In this document: positions 63,237-64,000 of the stretch, one piece after another | Position numbering within the stretch: position 1 is the first letter of the stretch | Layout: every line of letters starts with the position of its first letter | NCBI GenBank assembly: GCA_944323575.1 | Contig: CALUTB010000002.1 | Span: forward strand, 689-64,688 | Direction: 5' to 3' | Source of the DNA: an uncultured Mailhella sp. | GTDB lineage: Bacteria > Desulfobacterota > Desulfovibrionia > Desulfovibrionales > Desulfovibrionaceae | Length of the DNA: 64,000 bases | The notes under the pieces: generated by a model | What the model saw: the letters and a program-made list of their open reading frames with translations, nothing else | Told to the model about the DNA's origin: nothing | The model's database searches: none | Made by a program: the position numbers and the translations under genes

Positions 63237-64000
63237 ATGAGTCTTCGCTTCACCTCGTTCTGTGACGTCCGTCCCGAAGTGGCGGCCTTCGAACCCTATG
63301 AACCCGGTCTCAGCATTGCGGAAATCGCCGAACGCTACGGTCTTTCCCGCGTCATCAAGATGGCCAGCAACGAAAATCCGCTCGGCGTGTCGCCCCGCGT
63401 GCGCGACGTCATCGCCTCCTGCGCATCCGAGGTGTTCCGTTATCCCCAGTCGGGCAATCCGAGGCTGGTGAAGGCTCTGGCTTCCCATTACGGCGTCGAT
63501 GCCGGACGCATCTTCGTGGGCAACGGCTCCGACGAGGTCATTGATCTTCTCTTCCGCGTGCGCGCCGTGCCCGGCGTACACAATGCCGTGGTCTTCCGCC
63601 CCTGCTTCGGTCTCTATCCCACGCAGGCGCGCATGGCGGGCGTGGAACTGCGTCAGGCACCGCTTCGTCCGGATTTTTCCTTCGACTTCGACGGACTCCT
63701 GAAGCTCGCGGATGAGAATACCACGCTCGTCATTGTGACGTCGCCGGACAATCCCTCGGGACGCATCGCTTCTCCGGACGATCTGGAAGCCCTGGCGCGC
63801 GCGCTGCCTCCGGCCTGCCTGCTGGTCGTGGACGAAGCCTACATTGAGTTCGCAGGTCCGGAACATTCCGTGCTTTCCCGTCTGGACCGTCTTCCCAATG
63901 TGGCCGTCATGCGCACCTTCTCCAAGGTGTACGGACTGGCCGGACTGCGCATAGGCTATGCGGTCCTGCCTGCGGCCATTGCCGACTACATGTGGCGCGT
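63237..64000 (+). CDS. hisC: Histidinol-phosphate aminotransferase. 5' part only; it runs off the right edge, so it is absent from the ORF track.
   Basis: Manual translation from ATG at 63237: MSLRFTSFCDVRPEVAAFEPYEPG..IKMASNENPLG..NGSDEVIDLLFR..SPDNPSG..VVDEAYIEF..RTFSKVYGLAGLRIGY (PLP-Lys motif). It stays open to nt 64000. Confidence 0.85.
   Translation, partial: MSLRFTSFCDVRPEVAAFEPYEPGLSIAEIAERYGLSRVIKMASNENPLGVSPRVRDVIASCASEVFRYPQSGNPRLVKALASHYGVDAGRIFVGNGSDEVIDLLFRVRAVPGVHNAVVFRPCFGLYPTQARMAGVELRQAPLRPDFSFDFDGLLKLADENTTLVIVTSPDNPSGRIASPDDLEALARALPPACLLVVDEAYIEFAGPEHSVLSRLDRLPNVAVMRTFSKVYGLAGLRIGYAVLPAAIADYMWR

Noticed and set aside
1-64000. CRISPR arrays, rRNA operons, prophage or integrase genes, toxin-antitoxin pairs, retron or DGR reverse transcriptases, and restriction-modification or other defence islands.
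   Set aside because: Reading both strands, I found no regularly spaced direct repeats and none of the corresponding protein signatures. The only mobile-element trace is the IS200 remnant.

Overview
This is a 64-kb, high-GC, densely coded chromosomal window. Its gene content (dsrMKJOP, a periplasmic Tat-exported [NiFe] hydrogenase, an hdrCBA-flx cluster) suggests a Desulfovibrionaceae-type sulfate/sulfite-respiring bacterium. That attribution is inference: no database or HMM search was possible, and all family calls rest on motifs I recognised in the translations. I support about 50 protein genes, one tRNA-His(GUG), one decayed IS200-type element and several intrinsic terminators. Two genes run off the window edges and are therefore missing from the ORF track: an alkyl-sulfatase-like MBL hydrolase at the left and hisC at the right. 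Most of the window is core housekeeping: rnj, mntP, pyrKD, alr, lptD, comM/yifB, lnt, prfB, IHF-like, xth, murA, comEC, upp, lgt, trmFO, an EF-G paralog and an M16 peptidase.

Observations worth a second look:
- A 55-nt block inside lnt is 47/55 identical to the Illumina TruSeq universal adapter, so it is a probable assembly or contamination artefact.
- prfB carries the canonical CTT-TGA-C +1 frameshift site, and the ORF track misrepresents this gene.
- An IS200 tnpA pseudogene has two 1-nt deletions but an intact RBS-sequestering hairpin. It is followed by about 1.1 kb of lower-GC sequence with no credible ORF and an orphan terminator.
- In the compact hdrCBA-flx operon, the MvhD-like FlxD appears fused to a FlxC-like 2x[4Fe-4S] domain. 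FlxB carries an Ala/Pro/Glu/Val-rich repeat tail.
- A VKOR-thioredoxin fusion gene lies next to the dsr operon, and a small RsbRD_N-like gene is translationally coupled to dsrM.
- A 1089-aa seven-TM sensor has kinase, receiver and Hpt-like modules that all look catalytically degenerate.
- A two-gene islet (CD3324-like plus Vat-type streptogramin acetyltransferase) has lower GC than its neighbours.

I found no CRISPR array, rRNA, prophage or obvious defence island. I cannot point to a convincingly new multi-gene system.
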